DNA of 64,000 nucleotides, from positions 82,770,001-82,834,000 of the forward strand of contig OX597823.1 in assembly GCA_951406725.2 (NCBI GenBank), read 5' to 3'. The notes under the pieces were generated by a model, which was not told the origin of the DNA, ran no database searches, and saw only the letters and a list, made by a program, of their open reading frames with translations. Shown here piece after piece: positions 1 through 13,779 of this stretch. The DNA comes from Octopus vulgaris (Eukaryota). Position numbers and translations under genes: made by a program. The first letter of the stretch is position 1, and each line of letters starts with the position of its first letter.

Positions 1-271
1 CTCAGAACGTAGCGGCAGACGAAATACCTATTTCTTTACTACCCACAAGGGGCTAAACACAGAGAGGACACTCAAGGACAGACAAACGGATTAAGTCGAT
101 TATATCGACCCCAGTGCGTAACTGGTACTTAATATATCGACCCCGAAATGATGAAAGGCAAAGTCGACCTCGGCGGAATTTAAACTCAGAACGTAACGGC
201 AGACGAAATACCGCTAAACATTTCGCCCGGTGTGCGAACGATTCTGCCAGCTCGCCGCCTTTCCGTCGCTC

Positions 272-313
<42 letters not shown>

Positions 314-2270
314 TGATGATGATGATGATGATGATAATAATAATAATCCCTTCTATAATAGACGTAAGGCCTGATATTTTCTCGCAGGAGGCTATTCGAT
401 TACATTGACCACAATATTCGACCCCCAAAGTCGACCTCGGCGGAATTCGAATTCAGGATGCGTAAACAGACGAAATCACGCTAAACACGTCGTCTCGCGT
501 AATAAAATTTGTGCTAGCCAACCGAATTAATGATAATGTATTAATTCCTTTCTACTCTCGGCACAAAGCCCGAAACTTTTGGAGAGGAAGCCAGTCGATT
601 AGATTGATCCCGGTACGCAACTGGTACTTAACTTATCGATCCCGAAAGAATGAAAAGCAAAGTCGACCTCGGCGGAATTTGAACTCAGAACGTAAAGACT
701 GACGAAATGCTGCTAAGCATTTCGCCGGGAATGCTAACGTTTCTGCCATCTCGCCGCCTGAATGATAATCTTTTCTACACTAGGCACAAGGCCCAAAATA
801 TTTCGGGAGGGGTCTAGTCGATTAAATCGACCCCGATATGCAACTGGTACTTAATTATCGACCTCAAAAAGAGGAAAGGTAAAGTCGACCTTGTCGGAAT
901 TTGAACCCAGAACGTAAAGACAGACGAAATGCCGCGAAGCATTTCACCCGGCTTGCTAACTTTACTGCTTTTATTAATTGCTAAATCTATTGTTACTGTT
1001 CTTGTTGTTGCTCTAGCTGATGTTCTTAAGTCTGGAGATCATGCTCAGCTTCGTATCTAAGGATTTGCACTGAATATCGACTGTTTAAACTCGAGGGAAT
1101 TTAAATATTTCAGAAACTTTTATATAATAGTATAGAAGATACGTCCAACCGAATCTTGGTGAGTTTATTTTGAATGTAAGATTCTCCTCTAGAGGAATCT
1201 GCATTCTTAATTAATTTTGAATTTGTACTGGGTGATCTTTTGACAAAAAAAAAAAAATTAATCTTATTAATTTAATAATAATGTTCGAGACAGAAACACA
1301 AATTAGAGAATAAAGAAGATAGAACGGAAATGAGGAGGAAGCGAAAGCGTGCGATGAAAGAGACATCGTTGCTCGTTTGGAAAGCAGCAACTAACAAATG
1401 AAAGATTATACGAGAATAAAATACGAAGACAGTAATGAAAATAATTGTTTCAAAATTTAGCACAAGGCCATAATTTTAAGTAGAGGGATATAGTCGATGA
1501 AAATTATCCCAGTTCTTAATTGGTACTTTATTTTATCGACTCCGAAAAGATGGAAGGAAAATTCTAAGGAATTTAAATTGAGGACGTAAAGAACTAGAAA
1601 CATTCCACTGAGTATTTTGTCCGATGTGGTAACGATTCTGATAGCACGCCACCTTGATAATGGTTCCAAATTTTGCCACAAGGGCAGCCATTTTTGGGGT
1701 GGCACTTAATTTATCAACCCCGAAAGGCAAAGTCGGCCTCGGCAGAATTTGAACCCAGAACGTAAAACCAGACAAAATACTGCTAAGCATTTCGCCCGGC
1801 GTGCTAACGATTTTGAGAGCTCGCCGCTTTAACAATGATAGTGAAAACAGAAATGATAATCCATTCTGCTGTAGGCACAAGGCCTGAAATTTGGGGCGAG
1901 AGGGCTAACCGATTACATTAACCACAATGCTCGACTGGACTCATACTAGCGACCATGGAATGATGAAAGGCAAATCTGATATCGGCAGAATCTGAACTCA
2001 GAACATTTGGCCCCAAAAAATGCCGCCAAGTATTTCACCCGGCGTCCTAACAGTTCTTCTAATTCACCGCCTCACAAATTGTATTAACAGCAATTAGTTC
2101 AAATTTTGGCTCAAAACTAGCATACTTATGGAAGGGGTTTATCGATTCCATCGCCTCCAGTATTTGATTGGTACTTTATTTTATCGGCTCCCGAAAGGAT
2201 GAAAGGCAAACTTGATCTTGGCTGGATTTGAACTCAGAACGTAAAGTGTCAGAAACATTGCCGTCAGGTC
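1..2270 (-). mobile_element. Cluster of about 9 same-orientation copies/fragments of tRNA-derived SINE family A
   Basis: Repeated GAAAGGATGAAAGGCAAAGTCGACCTCGGCGGAATTTGAACTCAGAACGT. On the minus strand the head GGCGGCGAGCTGGCAGAA carries a B-box-like GAGTTCAAATTCC and a central TTTCATCCTTTCGGGGTCGATAAAATAAGTACCAG resembling the Meta/Nin SINE domain. Copies are interleaved with (TAA)n/(GAT)n. Confidence 0.85.
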
Positions 2271-3231
2271 ATTTCTATTAGGGTCGATAAAATAAGTACC
2301 AGTCGAATACTGGGGCCGATGTTAACGACTTTATCCCTCCCTTGAAATTGTTACCTCTGTGCCAAAACTTGGAACCGTTTTTATTATAATTAGAGCTGGG
2401 ATAATCATAAGAGCATGGTATACAGTTTCTTACAGTACTTGTTCCGAATCTTTACGTTCTGTGTTCAAATTTCGCCAAGGACACTTTTGCCTTCACCCTC
2501 GATAAAATGAAATACTAGTAAAGTCAATTTTGTCGACTAAATTCTTCCCTAGTTATCCCTCATCTACTGCGAAACAATAATCATCATCGTCATCACAGTC
2601 ACCATCTTCATCACCATCACCATCTGCATCACCATCATCATCATTAGTATCAATGCTGTCCTCATCATAATCATTATTATCAGCAATGGTTACATTTCTG
2701 TTGCTACTACAAGACAATTCTGAAGTGTCAGACAGAAGCAAAAAAGAAAAAAAAAAAAGAAAGAAATATAAAAAAGAGAGAAAAATTTAGTTTTAAATAT
2801 TCAGGAAAAAATAATCGATATATTCTCGTACTTTAAACTGTGTCAAAATTTAACAGATAAATTCCAATTAAATCTTTAAATAAATTTGTTTGTTTATAAT
2901 TAATGTAAATATGAAATGTTATCCGTTTTCAGATGCAATTCGTTTCTGACCTGCAATAACCAAGTTAAACTTCTAGAATGTGACTCACGCACACATACAC
3001 GCACATACGCAAGCAAGCACTCACAAACTGGCAAGCACGCACACACAAACACACACAGGCACACATTTTATAACGGACTAGCATATAACCCTGTATCTGT
3101 TTAACATCGTCATCTTAAGCATAAATTTCTTTAGTAGAAACCAATCGAACATCCCTAGAGCACATTTTTTTAAAACAGCGGTCTTCAATCTGAGTATCTT
3201 ATAGAAGGACATCAGCCACAATATATGTATG

Positions 3232-3440
3232 TGTGGAGGCTTAGTGGTTAGGATGTCAGCATCATGATCGTAAGATTGTGGTTTCGATTCCTGGACCGGG
3301 TGACGCGTTGTGTTCTTGAGCAAAACACTTCATTTCATGTTCCAGTCCACTCAGCTGGCAAAAGTGAGTAACCCTGCGACGGACTGGTGTCTCGTCCAGC
3401 TGGGGAACACATACGCCATTGAAACCGGGAAACCGGGCGC
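3232..3440 (+). mobile_element. tRNA-derived SINE (family C group), 5' part
   Basis: GGCTTAGTGGTTAGG A-box, GGTTTCGATTCC B-box, then TGTGTTCTTGAGCAAAACACTT shared with the other family C-group copies. Confidence 0.7.
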
Positions 3441-3473
3441 ATTTATTTTTTATGTATGTATGTATGTACATAC

Positions 3474-3504
<31 letters not shown>

Positions 3505-3609
3505 CGTACATACGTATGTACGTATGTATGTATGTATGTATGTATGTATGTATGCACATATGTATGTATGTATTCATACATTGCGTATGCATACATGTAT
3601 ATGACGCAG

Positions 3610-3767
3610 AGGTGGCTGTGTGGTAAGAAGCTCACTACTTAACCACGTGGTTCTGGGTTCAGTCCTACTGCGTGGCACCTTGAAAAAGTGTTTTCTACTA
3701 GCTGCGAACCGACCAAATCCTTGTGAATGGATTTGGTTGACGGAAACTGAAGGAAGCACGTCGTATG

Positions 3768-3842
<75 letters not shown>

Positions 3843-4025
3843 CTGTATGCATGTATGTATGTCATGTATGTATGTGTGCATGCATGTGTGTCTTTGTGTC
3901 TGTGTTTGTCCTCCACCACTGCTTAGCACCCGGTACTGGTGCGTTTACGACCCCGTAACTTAGCGGTTCGGCAAAAACGACCGATAGAATAAGTATCTGG
4001 CTTTAAAAAAATAAGTCTGGAGATA
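3610..4025 (+). mobile_element. SINE family B with internal (TA)n(TG)n
   Basis: GTGGCTGTGTGGTAAG head, GGTTCAGTCC B-box-like, 3' part CTTAGCGGTTCGGCAAAA..ACCGATAGAATAAGTA. Confidence 0.8.
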
Positions 4026-4031
4026 TGTCTG

Positions 4032-4105
<74 letters not shown>

Positions 4106-4391
4106 AATGGGGAACATATTTCCTTTCAATTAATGACACTTGGATGTTTGAATTAGATATTTTATAATAAAGATTTTATATATTTCCTTACTGTACCTTT
4201 ATGTCTATTATGACACATCAGCTTTCGTTAATGCATTACCTCCCTTAGCGCTTCACGTCTTACACCATCTCATCATGAGAATAAAATGACAAGAATAACG
4301 GCATATTCCTGCGCTTTGTTGCAAGCTGCTAAGTACCATAGAAATATCATTGAAGTTGATGCAAATTTCAACACCGGATTTTAAAATTATA

Positions 4392-4765
4392 CTCTTTTAC
4401 TCTTTTACTTGTTTCAGTCATGTGACTGTGGCCATGCTGGAGCACCGCCTTTAGTCGAGCAACTCGACCCCAGGACTTATTGTCTGTAAGCCTAGTACTT
4501 ATTCTATCGGTCTCTATTGCCGAACCGGTAAGTTACGGGGACGTAAACACACCAGCATCGGTTGGGGAGGGGGACAAACACAGACACACAAACATATACA
4601 CACACATACATATATAGGACGGGCTTCTTTCAGTTTCCGTCACTCACAAGACTTTGGTCGGCCCGAGGCTATAGTAGAAGACACTTGCCCAAAGTGCCAC
4701 GCAGTGGGACTGAACCCGGAACCGTGTGGTTGGTAAGCAAGCTACTTACCACACAGCCACTCCTA
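4392..4765 (-). mobile_element. SINE family B
   Basis: Reverse complement of the family B consensus, ending in a (GTAAAAGA)n tail. Confidence 0.85.
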
Positions 4766-5600
4766 CGCCTATAGAAAAAAATGATAAAATGATAAAAGAA
4801 ATACCGCTTAGCATTTTGTCTGACGTGCTAACGAATCTGCCAGTTCTACGAAGCTAAATATTGACCAGCAGTTTAAGAATTCAGATCCTGCCAAGGTTAA
4901 CTTTATACTCCATCCTTACAGAATCCATAAATATAGTTGCAGGCATACACTAGGATAGATACAAGAAACTATCGTGAAAAGCTTATGCTTTAGAAGACCC
5001 CCGTCAGTCGCTCGTATGACTAAAAATAATAGTTAAACCTCCTCTAAATTACACTCAAAGTACTGAAAAGAAGGGTGACAATTTAGTACAAATTTACCAG
5101 GTGGTAGCCATGTTTGGAATGTATTTATTTATATGACTACTGATTCAAGACTGATCTGGATTTAAACAAACTGACGCCTTCATATAAACGTACCACATAA
5201 AAAATTTCAAAAAAAAATTCATTAAAGTATGCAAAAATATTTTTAAAAATAATTTCCTGTAAAGTTTTTTCATGCATTCTAATAGTTTTGAGCAAGAATT
5301 TAATCAAGAATCGGGCGTATTTAAGGCAGGAAGGAACATAACAGCATAATGATGTCTAAAAGAACGAGAGAGAGAGAGGGGGAGAGAGAGAGAGAGAGAC
5401 AAAGACAGAGACAGAGAGAGACAAAGAGACAGAGATAGAGTGTGAGACAGAGACACAGAGAAACAGAGAGACAGAGACAGTGAGACAAAGAGAGAACAGA
5501 GAAAGAGAAAGAAGAATGAGAGAACGTGGGAAAGAGAGAGATAAAAAACAAGAGAGAGATAGAGATAGTTAAAGAGAGAGATATAGTTAGAGAGAGATAG

Positions 5601-5638
<38 letters not shown>

Positions 5639-5729
5639 CTAGATAGATAGATAGATAGAGAGAGTGAGAGAGAGAGAACGAGAGAAAGAGAGAGAGATAG
5701 ATAGATAGATAGAGAGAGAGGGAGAGAAC

Positions 5730-5773
<44 letters not shown>

Positions 5774-6104
5774 AAGGGAGAATGACAGTCAGGCAGATAG
5801 ACAGACAGACAGACAGCAAGCAATTAACAAGATGTTTCAATGTCGTGTCTGTTGTGTTGTTGCTGCTAATGAATAACGGTGCAACGACGGAAGTGATTAT
5901 TATGACGATACCGATAACGACGATGATGATGATGACCATGATGATGGTGATGACCACGACGACGACGGTGACGTCTATGATGAGGAGGAAGAAAAAATGG
6001 TAGTGATGGAGGAGAAGAGGCAGGGGAATGATAAGGCAAATAACGACGACGAAATGATTATAACAACAATAACGATAATGATGATAAAATGGTGACGGTG
6101 GTGG

Positions 6105-6146
<42 letters not shown>

Positions 6147-6888
6147 GGAGGAGGAGGAGGAGGAGGACGGTGACGACGACGGCGAGAAAGAGAAGGAGGA
6201 GGTAGTTTTCGACTACAATGACAGTAACATTTGAGGATTACGATCATGCTATTAATGATGATGATGATGATGATGATGTTTAAAAATGCGGAAGGGTTTG
6301 AAAAGGGGGTAAGGATGGATGAAACAGGATTGAGAAAGGGGAACAGAGGCTGAATTAAAGATTAGAGTGGGGGGAATGAAACGCGAATAGATCAAGAAGG
6401 AACTCAGGACACAGGTTATTAAATAACTAGTTACAAGATAAAGAAAGAAAAAAACATTTCCTTGTAAGGCCATTGTTTTTAGCAACGTCATCGAAAATGA
6501 CACATTCATTTTTGACCTCTGGACCTGGGGTCAAATTTGGTTTTCAACGAAATGTCACCGTACTACCTGTACTGTTTTATTCTTTTTGTTTTTGGTGTTT
6601 TTTTTGAAAAACAAATCTGAATGACCCGAGGAAGAAATAAACATCAAACATTCCAGCGATTTATTTCCGCAATCTGAAATAAACTGTTGTCACTGGGACG
6701 CACAGACATATAATCTGTCAGTCAGTTTGATTAGGGCGACACGAGTTCTAGTTGATCCGATTGACGGAATAACCTGCCCGTGGAATTAGCGAGCACGTGG
6801 CTGAGCGGCAAACAAACAAACGTACCGTTAAAGTAACTCTCAGGGATATATAGTAAATTTCACGAGCATGTCGTTCCATTGATATATA

Positions 6889-7270
6889 TGGAGGCGCAAT
6901 GGCCTAGTGGTTAGGGCAGCGGACTCGCGGTCGTAGGATCGCGGTTTCGATTCCCAGACCGGGCATTGTGAGTGTTTATTGAGCGAAAACACCTAAAGCT
7001 CCACGAGGCTCCGGCAGGGGATGGTGGTGATCCCTGCTGTACTCTTTCCCCACAACTTTCTCTCACTCTTACTTCTTGTTTCTGTTGTACCTGTATTTCA
7101 AAGGGCCGGCCTTGTCACTCTCTGTGTCACGCTGAATATCCCCGAGAACTGCGTTAAGGGTACACGTGTCTGTGGAGTGCTCAGCCACTTACACGTTAAT
7201 TTCACGAGCAGGCTGTTCCGTTGATCGGATCAACCGGAACACTCGTCGTCGTAACCGACGGAGTGCTTCC
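6889..7270 (+). mobile_element. Full-length tRNA-derived SINE family C
   Basis: TGGCCTAGTGGTTAGG A-box and GGTTTCGATTCCC B-box; highly similar along its whole length to 23677-24065. Confidence 0.9.
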
Positions 7271-7364
7271 ATATATGTATTGTGACCTTTAAATGATAAT
7301 ATTTACCTCTCACTTTTTTTGCTGGATTTGCTATCACGGATCAGTACATTATATATATATATAT

Positions 7365-7788
7365 CAGAGAGGTGCCGCCTGGGTAGGCAAGGTAGGCAGT
7401 GCCTATCCTGAATAAAAGAGATCGATAGTAACATTTTCCTTTTATGGCAAAATATGCACCTGATTCAATAAAAATATGAAGGTTAATCTGATTATTATGC
7501 ATAAAATGCAAACTATTTTTTTTTTTTGTAAATTAGGTAGGCATAATTCGTTTCTGCCTTTCAATCTCAATGTTTAAGCTACGCATAATACTGCTGTAGT
7601 ACACGAGAGGTGCGTACATTCCTACGAACAACATTTTCTTTACGTGTTATAAAGGTAGACGTAAGTCTGCCTTCAACTTAGTCGCGCGCCAGTGTTTTAC
7701 TTATTTTTTTATTTTTTTTTGTGGTGGGGGTTACTACATAAACGTCACCAACTGCCTACCCTGAGTAATTACTCACGGCATGTGCCTG
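7365..7788. mobile_element. MITE-like element with imperfect terminal inverted repeats, inserted in (TA)n
   Basis: Left CAG..TGCCG..GGTAGGCAGT versus right ACTGCCTACCC..CGGCA..CTG; TA runs on both sides. Confidence 0.55.
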
Positions 7789-7877
7789 ATATATATATAT
7801 ATACACACACTTCGGAAATGTAACTACTCGTGGGCAGTTGGTGATTTTCCTTCTTCTTCGCACTTTTCCCTTTCTCC

Positions 7878-7912
7878 TTTCCGACGAGGAGCAATGCTTG
7901 AAACGTTAAAAA
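7878..7912 (+). ncRNA. Degenerate minimal hammerhead-like motif
   Basis: TTT-CCGACGA-GGAGC-AAT-GCTT-GAAACGTT-AAAA. Core U4 is changed to C; stem III is palindromic (AACGTT); downstream sequence is homologous to the 53.2 kb copy. Confidence 0.45.
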
Positions 7913-8069
7913 CTTTCCCTTTTCACCGAGCGTCAAACTAATATAATTCTTGTGCATATCCTCACGTTCATTTTTTAAATTTTGTCTTTTTGTCTACTTT
8001 TCTTTTCGTTTTATATTCGCTTTTTGAATTGTTTGTTCATTGAAATTGACTATAAAGTATATATATATA

Positions 8070-8468
8070 CTCTTTTACTCTTTTACTCTTTTACTTGTTT
8101 CAGTCATTTGACTGCGGCCATGCTGGAGCACCGCCTTTAGTCGAGCAAATCGACCCCGGGACTTATTCTTTGTAAGCCCAGTACTTATTCTATCGTACTC
8201 TTTTGCCGAACCGCTAAGTGACGGGGACGTAAACACACCAGCATCGGTTGTCAAGCAATGCTAGGGGGACAAACACATAGGCACACACACATATATATAT
8301 ATACATATATACGACAGGCTTCTTTCAGTTTCCGTCTACCAAATCCACTCACAAGGTTTTGGTCAGCCCGGGGCTATAGCAGAAGACACTTGCCCAAGAT
8401 GCCACGCAGTGGGACTGAACCCGGAACCATGTGGTTGGTTAGCAAGCTACTTGCCACACAGCCACTCC
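8070..8468 (-). mobile_element. Full-length SINE family B
   Basis: Family B consensus with three CTCTTTTA tail repeats. Confidence 0.9.
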
Positions 8469-8640
8469 TTTAACATTTAAATAATGAGGGAGATAAATTG
8501 AATATTAATTTAATTGATATCAATTTGAAACCAGTAGCCTAGCGTACAAAAATCTGAAAAATCAGAGAAAATTCTAATACATGTGTATATTTAAAGGGCT
8601 AAAAACCACTAGGTGGTCAGCCACACACACAAATGTCTGT

Positions 8641-8925
8641 GTGAAGGCGCATTGATTAGTGGCTAAGGTATTCGACTCCCGATCGTAAGGTGGTGAGTTC
8701 GATTCTCGGCAGCGCGTTATATATGTCCTTTGGCAAGATACTTTATTACACGCTGCCCCAGGCCACTCAGCTGACAAAAATGAGTAGTACCTGTAATTCA
8801 ACGAGTCAACCTTGTCCCATTCTGTGTCACGCTGAATCTCCCTGAGAACTACTTGAAGAGTATGCGTGTCTGTGGCGTGCCTGTGGTGTTCCGTTGATTG
8901 GATCAACTAGAACAAGTATCGTCAT
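8641..8925 (+). mobile_element. Diverged family C-group SINE
   Basis: tRNA-like head (GAGTTCGATTCTC) and 3' block TCTGTGTCACGCTGAATCTCCCTGAGAACTAC shared with family C. Confidence 0.7.
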
Positions 8926-8962
8926 GTATATATATATATATATATACATATGTGTGTGTATA

Positions 8963-9334
8963 TAATTGACAAAGGAGACAGAAGATAGATTTGACATTAT
9001 CCTGAAACTGTCCGTTATGATACTGAGATGTCCTAGGCATGTTGTTCGAACCTGCTGTATCTTGGTTATGACTGGCTAAAGTTGTCCAAGTGTATATATA
9101 CCGACGGACAACTGTAGCCGGTCATAACCAAGATACAGCAAGCTCGAACAACATGCCTAGGACATATCAGTATATCCAGCGGGACATCCCTTCTTTACGC
9201 ATGTACCTGATGTGACAGACTGCACAGATTTATGCAACATAGTTGGATGCACAAATTTTCACCCATAACAGACAGTCGAAACGTACTGAATAAAGGCTAG
9301 TGCTCAATTTATCTTCCATCTCCTTCATCAATTA
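8963..9334. repeat. Small element with ~30-bp outer inverted ends and an internal 68-bp hairpin
   Basis: 8963-8992 is an imperfect inverse of 9306-9334; 9020-9087 pairs with 9106-9173 (5 mismatches, 18-nt loop). Confidence 0.85.
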
Positions 9335-11509
9335 CACTGGTTTACAAAAAATTATTTTGCTTTGAGGCAAAGATGTGAATATGTGTTTTTTACTAATTTT
9401 GATGAGGTGAATTCAATTTTCTGAACAGTTTTGCTCTATCACCTCTAGTTGTTTTTTGCTTTCACAAAACCCATTTTAATTATACTGCATATAAATTGAA
9501 AATATAATGCTTTTATTTCATCTGTTACAAAGGCATATTGCATGAGGAAAAACAACATAGATACAGAACATTGATGGAACTAAATTACTTGGATAATACA
9601 ATATATACAAATCATAATACAGTAGACATTAGAAGTGAGTTTTTGAATAATCTTGTGCACTTTGCCTCCGGGATGTCACGCAAGAGCATGCAGCAAAAGT
9701 CCCCCTTCATGCTGGGATTCCACTTGCCTTGGTAGTTGCTCTCCATCTTAGTAGTATCTTGGTGGAACCTTTCTCCATGCTCATCTGTCACTACTCCGAG
9801 TTAGGACAGAAGAAGTTGAGGTGAGAGTGGAGAAAGTGAATTTTGAGTGAAGTGACATTCGGCATCCCATATCTTATTAAGACTGTAACAGCTTCTTTAT
9901 ACATTCATGGTAATCTAGCACCCGTGTGTTACCATGATAGACCGACTTAAACGCTTCCCATGCTCTCAGATCATTTAAGGTAAGAAGCTCCTTAAAATCT
10001 TTATCCTTCAGCACTTCTCGGATCTGAAGTCCGACGAAGATGCCCTCCTTGAGCTTAGTAGAACTCAGAGTTGGGAACAGAGTGCACAAGTGTTGGAAGG
10101 CAGCGCCATTTTTGTCTATTGCCTTCACGAAATCCTTCATTAAGCCAAGCTTGATATGAAGAGGAGGGAGAAGCAACTTGTTCATTTCCACTAGGGGATT
10201 TTCTTTGTTAGTGTTCACTAAGTACTAATGTACTCCTAGATCCCCTGTCCTTCTGCTTCTAGTTTTTGGACACAGAGACAGAGAAAGCAACAGTACTTTG
10301 TGAAGCCCGCTTGCATACCCATAAGGAGTCCAATGACCTTGAGGTCTGCGTAGAGACTCCACTGGTACTGGTTATACTTGACAGCTTCCAAAAGGAGCTC
10401 CATATTGTCATTCGACACCTTAAGATGGACTGAGTAGGCAATGGGAATGCTGGGGTATTTATTCCCATTGTGCAGGAGCATAACCTTCAGACTTCGCTTG
10501 GAAGAGTCTATGAAAAGATACCAGTCTGAGGGATTCAGTGGGAAACCAAGAAAGGTGAACAAGCCAGAGACCTTTGTGCAGTAGCACAACCTGTTTTCCA
10601 TGTCGAAGTATAAAGCAAAGTCGCAGTTCCACGTACTGAAATTAGTGATCCTTACATCTGCCTTGACCAGGGTCCAATGCTTAAGCCGGGATACCAGGAG
10701 CTCTGATTGCTGCTTAGATAGATACAAATCACGGGCAAGGTCATTCAGGTCTTCCTGCGTGATCCAGTGGGGCTCATTACCACTTGCTCCTGAATAAGAA
10801 GAGATCAACTTGGCAGAATCTTCCCCTGAAGGCATTTCTTCATCTGATGAAGGAAGAAGATCCTTATTTTTTGAGGGTGTAGGGACAGAGAGATCATTTG
10901 AGTGGGGAACAGGTCTCATAGCTGAGGAAAGGTTGGGATATTTGATCTTTTTCTGGAAGAGCCATTGGAACCTCTTATATTTCTTAGACAAAAATAATGA
11001 TCATCTGCCTGGCTTCGTGGCTCTCTCCAGAGCATCAGGACAGCAAAGTTGAAGGTTGCTTTCTTGCTGTTAAACCATCATTTAGTCCAGTGTAGCAGAA
11101 TTTACAACAGATGTGTGGGGCCCAGGATTTGTCCCGATCTCCAATTTTACGGTCAAAATAAGGAAATTAAGCAGTTCTCAGGGGGGAAGTAATTGTTCGG
11201 CGCTGTGCAACTGTCGTGAAATTTCCACACTCGTAGCAGAATGAATTTGCCTTGTTGACGCATCCTCGGTGTTTTTAAGTGCGTGAAGCCATTGTAGAGA
11301 TATGTATCACGTGTACCACAAAAATCCGGAAATCAAAATAAAAAAATGATCATATATATGGTTATGTGAATTGTTGTAAAACCATAATAATGTATATCTC
11401 AAAAACTAGAGGTAATTAGAGAAAACTAGTTTTGTATCTGAAATCAGCAAGCACCCCCAGAATTACGTTAGAACAACTATGTTTGCTTCAATTTCTCTGT
11501 AAACCAGTG
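9335..11509 (-). mobile_element. Chapaev3-type (CMC superfamily) DNA transposon with both termini
   Basis: Termini CACTGGTTTACA / TGTAAACCAGTG; 3-bp TSD TTA at 9332-9334 and 11510-11512; transposase relic inside. Confidence 0.85.
9630..11292 (-). pseudogene. Disrupted Chapaev3-like transposase
   Basis: N-terminal GCVNKANSFCYECG zinc-finger; WYLFIDSSKRSLKVMLLHNGNKYPSIP, GFTKYCCFLC, LPPLHIKLGLMKDFVKA and DEHGERFHQD motifs, split across frames by stops and frameshifts (ORFs 10236-10991, 9877-10218). Confidence 0.85.
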
Positions 11510-11677
11510 TTATTATGATCTCAAATTACATCACGGAATTCCTAAAGTGGATCCAGCGGAAATAAACCCAACCAGGTTGCCGAAATTGTGAACATGCTTT
11601 ACTCAACACACCAATTGAGATATACTCATTAGCCCCACTCCCTACGAAATACATATTTATACATACAGATGTATATG

Positions 11678-12405
<728 letters not shown>

Positions 12406-12557
12406 TATTCAAAAAGCAATAAAGATTCAAGTTAATTTAAATGAATTTACTTGAATATGGTACCTAACTTAGATGCACCAAAAAAACTATACTGATTTAA
12501 CAATACAGTAATGTGGGGTGATTATAAGCGAGAATGAAGCAACAAGAATGGATAGGT

Positions 12558-12648
12558 TTTTAGTACAATCGTTTCATACAAGGACAGGTTTTATTAAAAG
12601 TTGCAAAAATTACAGCATATAAACGTGTCCCGTACTCATCAGCTAAAA
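12558..12648 (-). ncRNA. Type-I hammerhead ribozyme motif (mirror copy)
   Basis: Reverse complement of 13689-13779. Confidence 0.7.
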
Positions 12649-13688
12649 TACATGTGAGTTCTCTAGACATCCTAGTGGTTGAGGCTATACTCATGAAGTA
12701 ATGTAGATAATTAAGTAACATAAACAGATTTCAAAAGTTCATTAAAGTTCTTTAAAGATGATGTACAGTCTTATCACAGAATTTTAAAAAGTCTTAATAG
12801 CATCACAGAGAAGGTGACCCAATCCATAGTGCACATATGAATTTCCAGAGATATGATGAGGGATTACATACTCACAGAAAGCAAATTTATCCATTGTTAA
12901 TTACAACGAGGTGGGTTTCAATTCCCTGCTTATTAGCATTACAGAGAGGGTGAATTAATCCTTTGTATAGATGCACAATTTCCAATGGTGTAGGTGTAAA
13001 TTTCCAAGGAATTTCATATTCACAGGCGATAAATTTATCAATGGTTGAACACAATGAGGTAGGTATCAAATCTTGCTATATGATTAGGTATTTGCCACAT
13101 AATAATTTCATTTTACTTTTATTTTCTCTCTTTTCTTCTATGCCCTTCCCTTTTCTATTCTATACAGCTCTAGTAAGCCCTTCAGCCTTTAAAAATTAAA
13201 TAGCTACAGCCTCTTGTAAATAGCAGTAATGTGATTAATGTGGCAAATACCTAATCATATAGCAAGATTTGATACCTACCTCATTGTGTTCAACCATTGA
13301 TAAATTTATCGCCTGTGAATATGAAATTCCTTGAAATTTACACCTACACCATTGGAAATTGTGCATCTATACAAAGGATTAATTCACCCTCTCTGTAATG
13401 CTAATAAGCATGAATTGAAACCCACCTCGTTGTAATTAACAATGGATAAATTTGCTTTCTGTGAGTATGTAATCCCTCATCATATCTCTGGAAATTCAAA
13501 TGTGCACTATGGATTGGGTCACCTTCTCTGTGATGCTATTAAGACTTTTTTAAAATTCTGTGATAAGACTGTACATCATCTTTAAAGAACTTTAATGAAC
13601 TTTTGAAATCTGTTTATGTTACTTAATTATCTACATTACTTCATGAGTATAGCCTCAACCACTAGGATGTCTAGAGAACTCACATGTA

Positions 13689-13779
13689 TTTTAGCTGATG
13701 AGTACGGGACACGTTTATATGCTGTAATTTTTGCAACTTTTAATAAAACCTGTCCTTGTATGAAACGATTGTACTAAAA
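13689..13779 (+). ncRNA. Type-I hammerhead ribozyme motif with long stem II
   Basis: TTTTAG-CTGATGA-GTACGGGACA...TGTCCTTGTAT-GAAA-C-GATT-G-TA-CTAAAA. Stem I TTTTAG/CTAAAA; intact CUGAUGA and GAAA; predicted GUA cleavage after 13773. Confidence 0.7.

Noticed and set aside
6889-6962. tRNA-like sequence (also 23677, 32643, 37180)
   Set aside because: It continues directly into a shared ~300-bp body, with a TSD in one copy; these are SINE heads, not tRNA genes
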